Assembly: GCF_006345805.1 (NCBI RefSeq)
Contig: NC_042999.1
Coordinates: 39,122,001-39,186,000 of the forward strand
Reading direction: 5' to 3'
Length of the DNA: 64,000 nt
Source of the DNA: Octopus sinensis
Lineage: Eukaryota
In this document: in pieces, positions 25,730-38,589 of the stretch
Layout: each line of letters opens with the position of its first letter
Position numbering within the stretch: the stretch's first letter is position 1
Translations under genes and position numbers: made by a program
The notes under the pieces: model-generated
What the model was told of the DNA's origin: nothing
Database searches by the model: none
What the model saw: only the letters and a program-made list of their open reading frames with translations

Positions 25730-27123
25730 ACACACAACATCTCACACGCACGTACTTATAAGAGACATTTCTAAACTGGCGCTTTCCCTTCTTCGAATAT
25801 AGTAGAATGTATGAAATTTACAGAGGAATAACTTTTATATTACGAGGCCAAATGAACGACAGGCTTCATTCCCAGTCACGTTGTTTCGCCTTGTAGCAAA
25901 TATCGTTCTCTTTACTATAATTATAATTTTAGTACGGAATTTGTATCAGATTAAATTATCTTAAATATATTATAATTTATGTCACATTGATATTTTATGT
26001 AACATGTCATTTGTTAAGGTAAGACGTAAACGAATATGGGTGGGTTTAAATAAAAAGAACATACAGGAAATGATTAGTATTGAGATGATTTTTTGTTGTA
26101 GTGTAAGATTATGCCCATAAACGGTTTTTTTCCCCGGGATTAAATGGTAGACTGTGTATATAATACGTGTATGAATACAGACGCCGTCTTTCAAGTGATA
26201 GAAGAAACACGAATGCACTGAATTCCATCAACCACTGATTGAAAACTAGTAAAAATAATTGTCTAGTATATTATATGCGAATGAAATATATAAGAACTTA
26301 ATTTAAAAAAAAATGCATGGGCAAGCCATAATATTTCGGCCGATTTCTAGATTCGATTGAAAAAGGTCCTAACCTCCATTAACGCATTGTACTCAACGTT
26401 ATCATTAACTACACACAGTCTGTCTATCAGTTCTTATATACGTGAAACAACTAAGAAATTTTAAGTATCACAATATCTATGCACGCATACCTCGTGTTCT
26501 TTCTTGTTTCTTTACTGATAGTATTTCGTGTAGAAAACATTGATGTTTTTGCTTTTATTCTCTGTTCAATTTCCTTTGACGTTGTTGTGTGTCTTGATTT
26601 GTTTTTTAGGTTTAGTTAATCAGCATTCATAAGATTCAGACTTTCAGTAGCCTATTTACTATCATTTATTTGTAATCGACTATAGGAAAACCAATGCATA
26701 ATATACCATTTCCAAATTTGGGATAAGGTGAACAGTAAGAAACTGCACAGCACAAATTTAAATTAGTATAATTCTCAGGAGAATTATTGCATCTTTAAAT
26801 ACATCGTCTCAAAACCCACCGATTTTTACTCAGTGGTAATTATCATCACTGCAGTGGACTTTGTTTAATGGTTCACGATATATGTGTTATTTTTCTGGTC
26901 TGTATAGTAAATCAATGTCAGTAAACGAATGATTTAGACATCCCATTTGAGAACGTTTGTGTTGAAGCAACTTCGTCAAATTTTGTACATCTTGTGCGTT
27001 TCCTTTCAAATATGATAGCGTTATGCCTACGGATATAACATCGGCATCGATGCAATAAAAATAAACACTGAATGTGAGCTATGCTCATGTTTTATGCTGT
27101 TCTATATTTAAAAGATGAAAAAT

Positions 27124-27381
27124 TATGTACATCATTTACATTTAACGGATATTCGTCCTAATCGTGTTTGCTGTGAATACAACGTTTCGGCTGATATACC
27201 TTCCAGCCTTCATCAGGTGAATTTGGAAAATGTTAACATCGAAAAATACTTTAGGAATGAGAATCCAGGTTCGAAATTTCCCCCAAGACACCTGATGAAG
27301 GCTGGAGGGTATATCAGCCGAAACGTTGTGTTAACAACAATCAAGATGAGGACAAATATCCATCAAATGTAAATAATGTAC
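27124..27381. mobile_element. Fold-back HHR element; HHRs at ~27177-27220 (-) and 27287-27332 (+)
   Basis: gacac-CTGATGA-a-ggctg(gagggtatat)cagcc-GAAA-CG-TT-gtgtt on plus, mirrored on minus. Confidence 0.8.
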
Positions 27382-27954
27382 TCATGTTTTATAGTTTGTT
27401 CACTAAATTGTTTTAAAATTGATCACGCCGTATTAGAATTGCGTTTCTATATTCATCTATTTGGATGGCAGTATATGGTAAAGATAGCAAAATATTACAT
27501 GCGAAATAGCCTTTCCGCTTAACGTTAAGCTCCATATCTGATGCTCAGACACAAAATATAACCAAAAAAATTTTAAATATTGTCCTATTTTAACTTATAT
27601 TTTATTTAATCGTGATTCTATAATTACTTCTTAGAAATTACTGTCACGATGCTTCATATTTAAAGAAAAACAATTAGTCTTCTTAACCAGGGATGCCTCC
27701 CAATGTTAATGTTAATACGTTAATGTTATTTCGGTAACATTAACGTATCTAGAAATGGGACCTCTAGAATTTAATTCCCTTTAACTGCATATTGAAACCA
27801 TTAAGCCGCTTGTGTTTATATTCATTTATCCACCACCAAATTCTTGGAAACAGGAAAGGCGATGCAAATGCAATCACAATGAAACTGCCAAGAGGCAAAC
27901 CTGAATTATGGCATTTGAACATATTAAAGGAAATTAAGATATTAAAAGAAATCG

Positions 27955-28400
27955 AGTACCGTTGGTTGTGGTGCTCAATGTTGTGGTATGGGTGTTTGTG
28001 ATACCGGCGGTTGTGGTACCTGTGGTTGTGGTACCTGTGATTGTGGTACCTGTGGTTGTGGCAACTGTGGTTGTGGTACCAGTGGTCGAGGTACGGGTGT
28101 GGGTGGTGCCAGCGGTTGTGTTGCTCAAAGTTGTGGTATGGTTGTTTATGATAACGGTGGTTGTGATACCTGTGGTTGTGGTGCCGATAGTTGTGGTACC
28201 GGTGGTTGTGGTACCGGTGGTTGTGGTACCGGTTGTTGTGGTGCACAAATTTGTGGTACCGGTGTTTATGATACCGGTGGTTCTGGCACCTGTTTGTGGT
28301 ACCGGTGGTCGAGGTACGGGTGTGTGGTGCCAGTGGTTGTGGTGCCGATTTTTGTGTGTGGTGACTGTTGTTGTGACGCTGGCGGTTGCGGTGCCGGTGA
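27955..28400. repeat. GC-rich 15-bp minisatellite (gttgtggtaccggtg) with higher-order ~120-150-bp structure; possible Thr-rich coding exon on the minus strand
   Basis: Direct inspection; minus frame reads (TTTTG)n. Confidence 0.8.
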
Positions 28401-28419
28401 TTGTGGGCCAGCGATTGCG

Positions 28420-28870
28420 GTAATGGTTGTTCTGAAGATGGTGGTTGTGGTAACAGTATTTGTGATGCTGATGTTTCTTGTGGGCGTTGTTATGAGGCCG
28501 GCCGGCCGTTGTGGTACTGGTGAAGAGAAGGTGGAGGGGGAAGGGAATAAGGATGATGAGAATTACAAGCAAGATGATGTCGATGATGGAGACGACGATG
28601 TGGACGAGACGAAGACAAGGAAAATGAAAATGGCGATATTGTTGATTATGATGATGATGATGATAATGATGATGATGATGACGGGGAGGAGGCGGAAGAG
28701 GTGAGTAATGATGAATACGGGCATGACGATGACAGTGATGATGATGGTGGCGACGGCGATGACGCTGCTCATGACATTGAGAATTTTGATTGTGATCAAC
28801 AAAATGGCGATGACGCTGATAACACTCATGATATCACCGGTTATGCTGAAGATGCTGTGGTTGAGGAAGG
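28420..28870. repeat. Degenerate (GAT/ATG)n triplet-rich low-complexity tract
   Basis: Direct inspection. Confidence 0.8.
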
Positions 28871-29233
28871 TAGTATGTATAAGTCATGTCTCTGTATATT
28901 ACAATGATTTCGATATTTAACTGACTTATATTGGAGATAAAGGGATTTAACTGGTGAAGTTGTCATATACAAGCAAGGAGGGAATTTAGATGCTTATCGA
29001 AGACATCTAATTGAGCACATATTTATTTATTTTAAGCCGATAGCAAAATTCAGAGATTTCGTTCCCGTCTAGAAAAAGCCATAAAGTTTTATGAGCAACA
29101 CAATGCCATCTCGAATTGCTATCTCAAGAAAATAATTTTTGTCGTACACAAACATATACGTGTGTGCGCGCTATGAGCGCTTTTACATGCACATAGGTTT
29201 GTATGCACACGTATAGGTACATGCATATATATA

Positions 29234-29344
<111 letters not shown>

Positions 29345-29571
29345 TGTATGTGTGTGTGTGTGAGTTTATATTAATGATAACGGTAGCAAAATTTATGACA
29401 CAAATCTGCCTCTTAATTAGACCAGCCGTCGTTCCACCAAAATCAGATGATTTAAAAAAAAATTACTGCTACTATCAGCAACACTCATCCTCACAAATAG
29501 ACGTACATACACGTTTATCTATATCTCGCTCTGCCGCGCACTATATAAATATGCATACATACATACATACA

Positions 29572-29604
<33 letters not shown>

Positions 29605-30918
29605 GCACACATACACACATACATACATATGTACACACGCGCACATATTTATTTGTAATATTTATATAATTTCTCCTATGTATATAGGCGAGAGGAAGAG
29701 AGAGAGAAAAAGAGAGAGAATGACAGAGAGTCGCTTATAATAACAATGAGCCGAGATTATTTCATAATGATTTTGCTGGAGCGATAAAAATTCTCATTAA
29801 AACAGGCATATCCTCTGTTATAAATTGTACTATCCTGTCTTACATCTTAATAGCTAATCACTAAAATGTGAAATATTATAAATAAACTGAGAAAGGCGAG
29901 CTTCGAATTTCAGAGAAAAATGATGGTTGGTTTAACTACATATGCTATAAAAATTTGTGCAAGCGCCACAATATATTTTGTGACGATCGACCTGGAATAT
30001 TATGTTAGTAGCTAAACATAATTTAGAAGTCTTGTTTTAATATTATTCTGAGATCTAAATATTTCAATATTTTAATCTCTTATTTAGAATGAATTGTTTC
30101 ATATATTGAGGATGATTTTTTTTCTTAATTTTAAAATCATTCAACTCATATTAAATATGCGACGAATTTTATTGTATATGGTGCGTTTTTAAAATAGCGC
30201 ATGGAGGTGCATTTACGGAGTAATAGCTACAAAAGATGAATGTACAAGCTTCTGTGGGTCCTTGATGCAAATGAAATTAATTTCTATATACTTTGTAAAA
30301 AGAGCATATGCTTCCACATTACAGTGTATTCTAACACATCTAAAGTGTGGGTAATTTTAATAGGCATATCAGTCAACTCACTCACAAATCAGTATTCGTA
30401 CTTAAGCTAAAAAAAACCCCACAGAATGCATAATAAAGTCGAGAAACAGCACAATAAAAGCTGCTTTATGTATTTTAAGTTACTGTGCTGGAAACGGAAA
30501 ATAATTTAATCTTCTAACAATTACAATTCATTCAGGTAAATGGTCCTAGAATGCTTAGTATATTGCAGCTCACCAATAATGTCAACCGTATTTTTAGGTT
30601 TCTCGTGCATATTACGTTGTAAGGCAACATAATAAGCAAAATACGCACTGTTATTGCTTCACAGAAACTTGTCCCACTGTAGTATTTCATTACAGCATTC
30701 AACTTGCTTCTGTTAAAATGAATTTTTAATTACATCATGCCCATTGGTGTCAAATCCGAAGCACCTATGAAAATAGCCCTTCCCTCAAGAGCGATCAAAT
30801 GAAAACGAGCCGATACTCGAAAATTCTGCACCTGACTATCCGAAGTTTACATGAAAAACAAGAACGCAAAATGTGATGCAGTATAGTTAGTTTTTCAGAG
30901 GAGTGACGTCGTAAGCAT

Positions 30919-31325
30919 GTACGTGGTATGTTCAGTAAGTATCCTGACTGTCGCCATAGTGACGAAGCTAAAGCATGCAGATTGACACCGCTTGACACAG
31001 ACTGACCTTGAATTTTGCTATGCATGCGCACTAAGATTTAACGTTCTAGATCACTTATGCTTTTTACATTAGTACTTGGAAATATGGTGTGTAGCGAGTG
31101 ATCATCACATTGACCATGACAGACAAAGCTGCGCAGGGAATACACATCAAATCTGTCAAAAGCTTGACGGGCAATACCTGCTCAGAGGCTTACACTATTT
31201 TCAAAAAGTTATCATCGTTCTCGACACAATCAAGATCTTGTGCAACTGAAACTCGAGTGTCTTTTTGGTCAGCAGTTTTGGCACAAGCTTTACATATGAC
31301 ACCTCAGTCTCTAGTTTGTTTCATC
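30919..31325 (+). mobile_element. Mariner-like transposon remnant with an internal inversion
   Basis: TIR-like tacgtggtatgttcagtaagtatcc; N-terminus MTDKAAQGIHIK...GNTCSEAY on plus; ADQKDTRVSVAQDLDCVENDDNFLK on minus (~31198-31300). Confidence 0.65.
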
Positions 31326-31364
31326 TAATTAGGGTCTTAACTGGGTGGAGATAAGTGGGTGAGT

Positions 31365-31590
31365 GTGTGTGTGTGTTCGTGTGTGTGTATGTGCTTGTAT
31401 CCACCACCACTGGACAACTGATGTTCGTTTGTTTACGTCCCCATAATTTAGCTGTTCGGCAAAAGAGACTAAGTAGAATGAGTACCAGGTTTTTTTAAAA
31501 AATGACTAGGGGTCGATTCGCTCGACTAAAAACACTTCCAGACGGTCACCAGCATTGCTGCACTTTAACTACTGAAACAAGTTGAGGACG
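31365..31590 (+). mobile_element. 3' half of CORE-type SINE (family C)
   Basis: gtttacgtcccc...ttcggcaaaagagac...gagtaccagg...ggggtcgattcgctcgactaaa...actgaaacaagt. Confidence 0.65.
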
Positions 31591-32011
31591 AAAAATAAGT
31601 TATAGAAATGAGAGTAATTATTTCGTTTAATTTTCATATTATTCGTAGAGTAATACAATTATTTTGCTGAAGCCTCCTTGATATTTCTTTACATACTTTA
31701 CTAATAGATTTCATAATATAAGGAAATGTTCAACTTCTATGTTCTTTAAAAAAGAGAAGGACTTTTATCTCGCCAAAATGAAAATCATATATAAACTGGT
31801 AATGGCTTTGCATTAAAATAGAATTCAGCTAACAGTCACATTAAGTTCACTACATTCATTGCTCAAACGATTATAGCGATCTATTTGATTTTGCAAAGAT
31901 TTTACCAGATTACTTCAGTTTTAATTGGCGTGCCGCTGCACTTTACAAAGAAAACAAATTTCTGTAAGCTACCATACAACAAAGGACTTACCACAACCAT
32001 CATCGGCATCA

Positions 32012-32013
32012 TA

Positions 32014-32060
<47 letters not shown>

Positions 32061-32090
32061 GACTACTACTACGACTACTACGGCTACTAT

Positions 32091-32128
<38 letters not shown>

Positions 32129-32155
32129 TTACTACTACTACTACTACTGCTACGT
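32012..32155. repeat. (TAC)n microsatellite
   Basis: Direct inspection. Confidence 0.95.
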
Positions 32156-32571
32156 CTACCAGTCTTCTATGACATCTGTCAGTATTCAACTTCAATCGTA
32201 CCGGAGGCACATGCCAAGGGTAATGGAGGAGGGGGTTAGGTAAACCGACTGATATAACCACAGACTTGACTGGTGTTTCCAAGTGATCAGTTCGTCATTG
32301 AGCAAGGGGAGGGACTTAGGTCAATTTTTCTATTCCATATAAGGTCTGAGGCGTGAGAGTTGTAGAGAGCAACCAGCATATTTTGCTTTTTACTTGCTCC
32401 AGTCAATAAACTACAGCCATACTGGAGGACAGCCCTGAAAGTTTTATATATATGTATATATGTATATATATATAAAATTTATATATATATATGTATATAT
32501 GTATATATATATAAAATTTATATATATATGTATATATATGTATATATATATAAAATTTATATATATATGTA

Positions 32572-32602
<31 letters not shown>

Positions 32603-32603
<1 letters not shown>

Positions 32604-33209
32604 GTCGCCTAAATATCTTTCACCTGCGCTGCCTCCGAAAATCCTTCGCATCAAATGGCAGAATCATGTCCCCAACAAAGATGTCCTCAAGCAAGCAGGA
32701 ATACCAAGCATGTTTACACTCCTCACACAAAGATGTATGAGATGGATTCGACATGTTATCCGTACGGAAGATGGCAGAATCCCCAAGGACATACTCAACG
32801 GAGAGCTTGCTAGGGGCACTAGGTCTGTGGGAAGACCGTTCTTACGATACAAGGATGTTTGCAAAAGGACATGAATGTCTGCATCATCAATATTACCAAC
32901 TGGGAAGCAGTTGCCAGCAACCGTGGCGATTGGCGACGTACTGTAAAAGAGGGAACACAAAGGAGTGACAGAGAGAGAGAGGAGAAATGGAAAGACAAGA
33001 AAAGACGTCAACAAGAAAGTATGACATTACAACCAGCCAGGCAAAGTCTTCGCTACATTTGCGGCACCTGCCAGAGGGAGTGTTTGTCCAGGATAGGAGT
33101 ACACAGCCACAGCAGGAGATGTATTAGGACATGAAATGTAAAAGCCGGACTAGATTATTTTATGCGCAACGCCATTGTCTCCCGAGACAAAAAGGCTGCC
33201 AACAACAAT
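32603..33209 (+). mobile_element. RTE-clade (BovB-like) LINE 3' end
   Basis: FHLRCLRKILRIKWQ...RWIRHV.R.EDGRIPKDILNGEL...GRP.LRYKD; C-terminal CGTCQRECLSRIGVHSHSRRC; 3' stem-loop ttgtctcccgagacaa and (CAA)n tail. Confidence 0.9.
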
Positions 33210-33501
33210 ATATATGGATTTCGTAGACAGGAACTGAAACAAATATATATATGTATATATATGTATATATGTAAGTGTATGTGTGTGTCTCTGTGTCTGT
33301 GTTTCGCCCTCATCACTGCTTCACAACTGCTGTTCATTTATTTACATCCACAAAACTTACTGGTTTCACAAGAACAAACTAATAGAATAAGTACTAGGTT
33401 TATCAACATAAAAAAGCACTAGGCTGTGTCTCATATTTTTGTTTGCCCACTCAGTTGTATCTATCAGTTTATCATTGTGTGTGTGTGTGTATCTATATCT
33501 A

Positions 33502-33566
<65 letters not shown>

Positions 33567-33580
33567 CACTATATATATAT

Positions 33581-33629
<49 letters not shown>

Positions 33630-33637
<8 letters not shown>

Positions 33638-34683
33638 CCCTAATGGAATCCTTAACTCCCAAATTTTAGTAATTTCTTTTATGATCCCAAACTAGGTCAA
33701 ATGTACTGAATGGATCTTTATGAAAGTTGGAAATTATATTCTAAGCATAAGGGCCATAACCCCCATGACAATTCATATATTTTGCTGTTGATGAAACTTT
33801 AACCATAGATATTAGACAGAAGTGAAATAATATTTATAAAATTTCATCTCCTTACAAAGTTAGAAAGACCCCTCCATGGGGACTTAACACCCACAATTTT
33901 GTCATATTATCTAAGCAAAACCGAATACAGTTGTGCTCTTGGAAGCTGTAGGGTTACCCGAGTATAAAAGTTGGGCATTATTTCTAATTCAATGGTACAA
34001 CAGCGTAACAGTTTGCTTTGACATACACTTACATTGTGATTTCTGCAATGTGGTGCATAAATTGTTATGTAAATGAGAGGCATCTTTGTCTCCACTGATT
34101 CAGTTGCAAAGCGTTGAGTAAAGTTTTTTGATTGCAGACCTCCTTTCAGTCTTTTTATTATCACTCGGTCACACATAGTCCCCAGATGGTAACATTGATT
34201 ACAAGGCCTTCCCAGATGAGTGACTGGCTATTCAAAGATATGCATAGATTTTAAATTCATTCTGTCCAGTTACGTATCAGTATAGTGGTCATTTGCAAAC
34301 TCCAGAGGTAACCCTTTAATTTCTCCTAAGCCCTCACGTCACACAGTTGTTAATGTTGATTTCAGTTGGGTCACGCCCTTCCAATTGCTATAGATTCGTA
34401 ATGCATCTTACGGCTGTGCCTGTCACCTGGATGGTGAGGAATCCTACATTGGGAGTGGTAACGACTAGGGTAGGGTAACTGACTGCTTATTGTGATCATT
34501 CGTCTGTTGGTTTCCATGTGGCACGATTATAATTTTTTAGGGTGTGCAAAGAGGGAAATAACCCTCATCTGCAATTTTGATGAAATTCGAAACAGAGATA
34601 TTCCAGTTCATTCAGAAAATATAACAGAAAAGTCTAATTCTTCAATTGAATGTAACCGGGCAACGATGGGTATCTCTACTAGT
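33630..34683 (+). mobile_element. Putative non-autonomous Helitron
   Basis: 3' terminus accgggcaacgatgggtatctctaCTAGt at 34655-34683; 5' boundary only inferred from the TATATAAAA start. Confidence 0.45.
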
Positions 34684-34974
34684 TTATGATAAAGTTGTGC
34701 AGCATCATAAGTATGGTTATGTAGAAGTTAAAACCTAGTTGGTTTGATCTGGAAGGTTGAAACAGCGGGTGCAATTTGCTACTATGTCTTTAGCGTTATC
34801 ATATCGATAAACAATCATCATTATCTTCATGCTTTAAAGCCCATTTTGCATGTTGGCATAGGTTGGATGGCTTGACAGCAGCTGGTAAAGCCGGGGGCTG
34901 CACCAATTTCCAAAGTCTGTTTTGGATTTTTACGTGGCACCTTGGTTTTAGGGTATCACGTGGAAACTTGGTTA

Positions 34975-35912
34975 CGAATATATAAATTTTGAGGGTAGAG
35001 AAGTACTTGATTACGCCGACTCCAGTGCTCAACTGGTACCTGTTTTTTTGACTCGTAGACGACGAAAGTGAAAGTAGACGTAGGTGAAATTTGAACTCAG
35101 AACATAAGCATGGACTGGTTGTCTCAAAGCGTTTTATGTAGCGTACCGAACATTCAGACCCAGATCATCAGCTTAATAATAACGGTTTCAAATTTTGGCA
35201 CAAGGACAAAAGTTTTAGATCTCAGGGGACTATTTGGCTATATGGTCTCTAGCACTTCTCGGGATACTTATTTTATCAAACCCGAAACGATAAAAGACAA
35301 AGTCGATCCCCTGTAGAATTATAACTCAGAACGTTGCCTGGAAGCTTGCCGCCTCTTCATAATATACCGGGGGTTTTCAATGTTTCTTATCATCTATAGA
35401 TTTCTTTGATTAGTATTTATTCTGGTGAACCCCCAAAGCCATTTGATGTATAAAAACTAATAAAATAGAATATTCTTTCCAAATTCTATTTTTTGTTTAG
35501 TACACATCCACTTGCGTTGTATTATGTTGTATTACGTAAAATGCTAGAGAAAGATACCTACCTGTTTCTCGTAATACATACATCTACAGCAACAATTCTT
35601 CATGGACACTTAATAAATAAATGTGGGACCTCAATTTACTACTTTATTTCTGTGGTCCCCAGAAATCTTATTATGGACCATCAGGGGTCATGCAGACCTC
35701 GGCTGAGAACCATTGATATATAACATTGTCAAACATCTTGAAATACTGGGCGAGGACACTCATCGATTATATCGACCCCAGTGTTCAACTAGTACTTATT
35801 TCCTCGACCCTGAATGGGATGAAAGTCAAAGCCAGCATCAGCATAATTTGAACTCAGGACGTAAATGCCGCTGAACATTTCATTGGCGTGCTAATTTTTT
35901 TGGCATCTTACC

Positions 35913-35948
<36 letters not shown>

Positions 35949-36143
35949 TCTGATTTAAATTTTCTCACAAAGCGACTGGGTTTGCGGGTAGATTGTAAGT
36001 CTATTCTGTCTACCTCAGTACTCAACTGCTATTTATTTTACCGACCTCAACAGGATGAAAGGTGAATTTGGCTTCGGTGGGATTTGAACTCAGAACGTAA
36101 AGACGGACTAAATGCTAATGCTAACGACACTACCAGCTCACCG
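34975..36143 (-). mobile_element. Cluster of four co-oriented family-B SINE copies (~34975-35173, 35184-35356, 35740-35912, 35952-36143)
   Basis: Repeated cgaccccag...tacttatt...gaaag.caaagtcga...tttgaactcagaacgt motif chain. Confidence 0.75.
35367..35715. mobile_element. hAT/Charlie-like MITE
   Basis: Ends ccgggggttttcaa ... ctgagaaccattg resemble CAGGGGTTCTCAA-type TIRs; ggacccc-like subterminal motifs. Confidence 0.55.
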
Positions 36144-36595
36144 TATAATAGTTAATAATAATAACAATTTGAAAGAAATATAACGTAAGAAATACTTATT
36201 TTTTCAGTCTCCTATATACAAGAAAACATAACGTAACTACGTTGGCAATAGGTATAATTGGCTGAGGACTGTAATTATCTTCTTTTTTTTATTGTGGCCG
36301 ATGATTTATGAATTGGTTGATACCGTATAATAAAATATTAATTCTGCACCTCTATAATTCACTAAATTATTATGATGATGTTTGTTTTATTGTTGTTGAT
36401 GATGATGATGATTATGATGATCATGACGACGACGACGAAAATGGTGATGATGATGGTTTTCATGATGATATAGGTGATATTGATCGTCAAGTAAAACCCA
36501 GCATGAAAAATGTTAAATGAACATTGATAATCCTGTTTAATGATTTAATGACCACTATTTCATAGCAGTTTGCCGATAAGAGCCGGGAAGATAAA

Positions 36596-36661
<66 letters not shown>

Positions 36662-37756
36662 TGATGATGATGATGATGATAATAATATCGTATAATGAAA
36701 ATAATCAGACGTTTGATATTTCGATATATAAATCACTATATGTTCAATGTATATATTCAATGAAAAATGTGAAATTTAAAAGATAAATCCACCGGAAAAT
36801 TGTTATCAATACAAACAAAGAACGGTATTGAAAACGTAGGAATAACATTCCATTGATGTGAGGAAATATAAATTAATAAAGGAAATTCATTCATAAGTAA
36901 GGAAATAAATATTTTCTCTCTGAAAATCTTAATATCTTAGATATTTATTTTCCGCTCAAAATCACCATAATGAATAAGCAATGAAACAAAAGGCAATAAA
37001 CTTAATGATTTCAGTCTTACATTCAGAGTAAAATGTGTCTCATATTGTTACGTGTTCATTTCTACCACTATTCCCTGTACTCGATCTACGGTTCACAAAA
37101 CATGAAACTTTACACCACGGTTACATTTTCTTTACATAACTTCCAAAGGAAACCGTTTTGCCTGACAACGTCCATGTATATATCGTATAGCTTTCTTCTT
37201 ATCCTAAAATCTCATGCAAACTTTGATACATTTACACCTACAAACATCTGTGTATATTTGTACATCGAACTGTAGTTTGTGCGTATATTTTTCACAAAAA
37301 CTTTAAATTACAGAATTACAACTAACACCAGGAATCCATCTCCTACCAGACCACAGGATTTTAGCGATTTAGGATTAATTAAAATAAATGTTAATCTCCA
37401 CTGGTTTCGACATAAGTTTTAAGATTTTGAGGAAATGCCGCATGGGAATTTCCGAAACGCTTTAACGAATCTAATAATTCGATGATATAGTGAGAACAGA
37501 ATTAATTTGAAGTAATACTTTTCGATATTTTATTTCCACATATAACTTAAATATTGAAATGAAATGTTTATGATATCGTTACGAAACATATATGAATAAG
37601 CAAAAGATTTTAGAGACAAGAAACCAGAGTCTAGCACTTTACATAATATGAGATATATGGCTTTTATCATCACGTGCAATAATGAAATGTATACAAACAC
37701 AAAATATAGAGGATAGTCATGGAGTAAATGCACTGTATGACTATGCTTATTTGCAT

Positions 37757-38127
37757 GGAGGCGCAATGGCCCAGTGGTTAGGGCAGCGGACTCGCGGTCA
37801 TAGGATCGCGGTTTCGATTCCCAGACCGGGCGTTGTAAGTGTTTATTGAGCGAAAATACCTAAAGCTCCACGAGGCTCCGGCAGGGGATGGTGGTGATCC
37901 CTGCTGTACTCTTTCACCACAACTTTCTCTCACTCTTACTTCCTGTTTCTGTTGTACCTGTATTTCAAAGGGGCCGGCCTTGTCACGCTGAATATCCCCG
38001 AGAACTACGTTAAGGGTATACGTGTCTGTGGAGTGCTCAGTCACTTACCAGTTAATTTCACGAGCAGGCTGTTCCGTTGATTCGGAGCAACCGGAACCCT
38101 TGTCGTCGTAACCGACGGTGTGCTTCC
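37757..38127 (+). mobile_element. Full-length tRNA-derived SINE (family A)
   Basis: Same head, body and tail as 4794-5178. Confidence 0.9.
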
Positions 38128-38589
38128 ATGCTTTTTGATAATCAAAATATTGGATCCTTGCGCTGCGTGGATCTGCAACGGACGGACCATATGGATACCA
38201 AGACCTTTCAATATGTTTGCTTGATGATAAGAAATATATTATCAGTGCATATATCTTTATCAATATTTTCCTTATGTGTGTCTTACGCTCGCCTATCCAT
38301 ACTTTATAGTCAACCATTAGAAAGCGTAAATGATGAAAAAGCTGCCACACTGAGAGGGACAGTCGGAAGTAGGGTAGAGAATGCAGCATTATGAGTTCCA
38401 TTCGACGAAATACCACCTGTGATAACTTTTGAAGAGATGAGTTTTCTGACTATTTAAAAAACCAAAAGAGAGACAAACTGAACAGTAAAAAAGATAAAAA
38501 CTGAACAGTAAAAATACTAAAATACTACTTTCTCCTTTGTGGGGTGGAATGCCATTTTCATTGTCATTATTTTTGCACATCTCATAAAT

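Noticed and set aside
26590-26620. tttttTAG|GTTTAG as a recursive splice site
   Set aside because: Donor too weak; expected by chance in T-rich DNA
27764-28246. His-rich (HNHRY)n protein resembling cephalopod structural proteins
   Set aside because: Alternative frame of the 15-bp repeat; unit variation is non-synonymous in this frame
27955-28400. CRISPR-like array
   Set aside because: Contiguous tandem units without unique spacers, in a eukaryotic context with no cas genes
37757-37830. tRNA gene
   Set aside because: A/B boxes belong to a multi-copy SINE head that continues into body and tail; no proper acceptor stem
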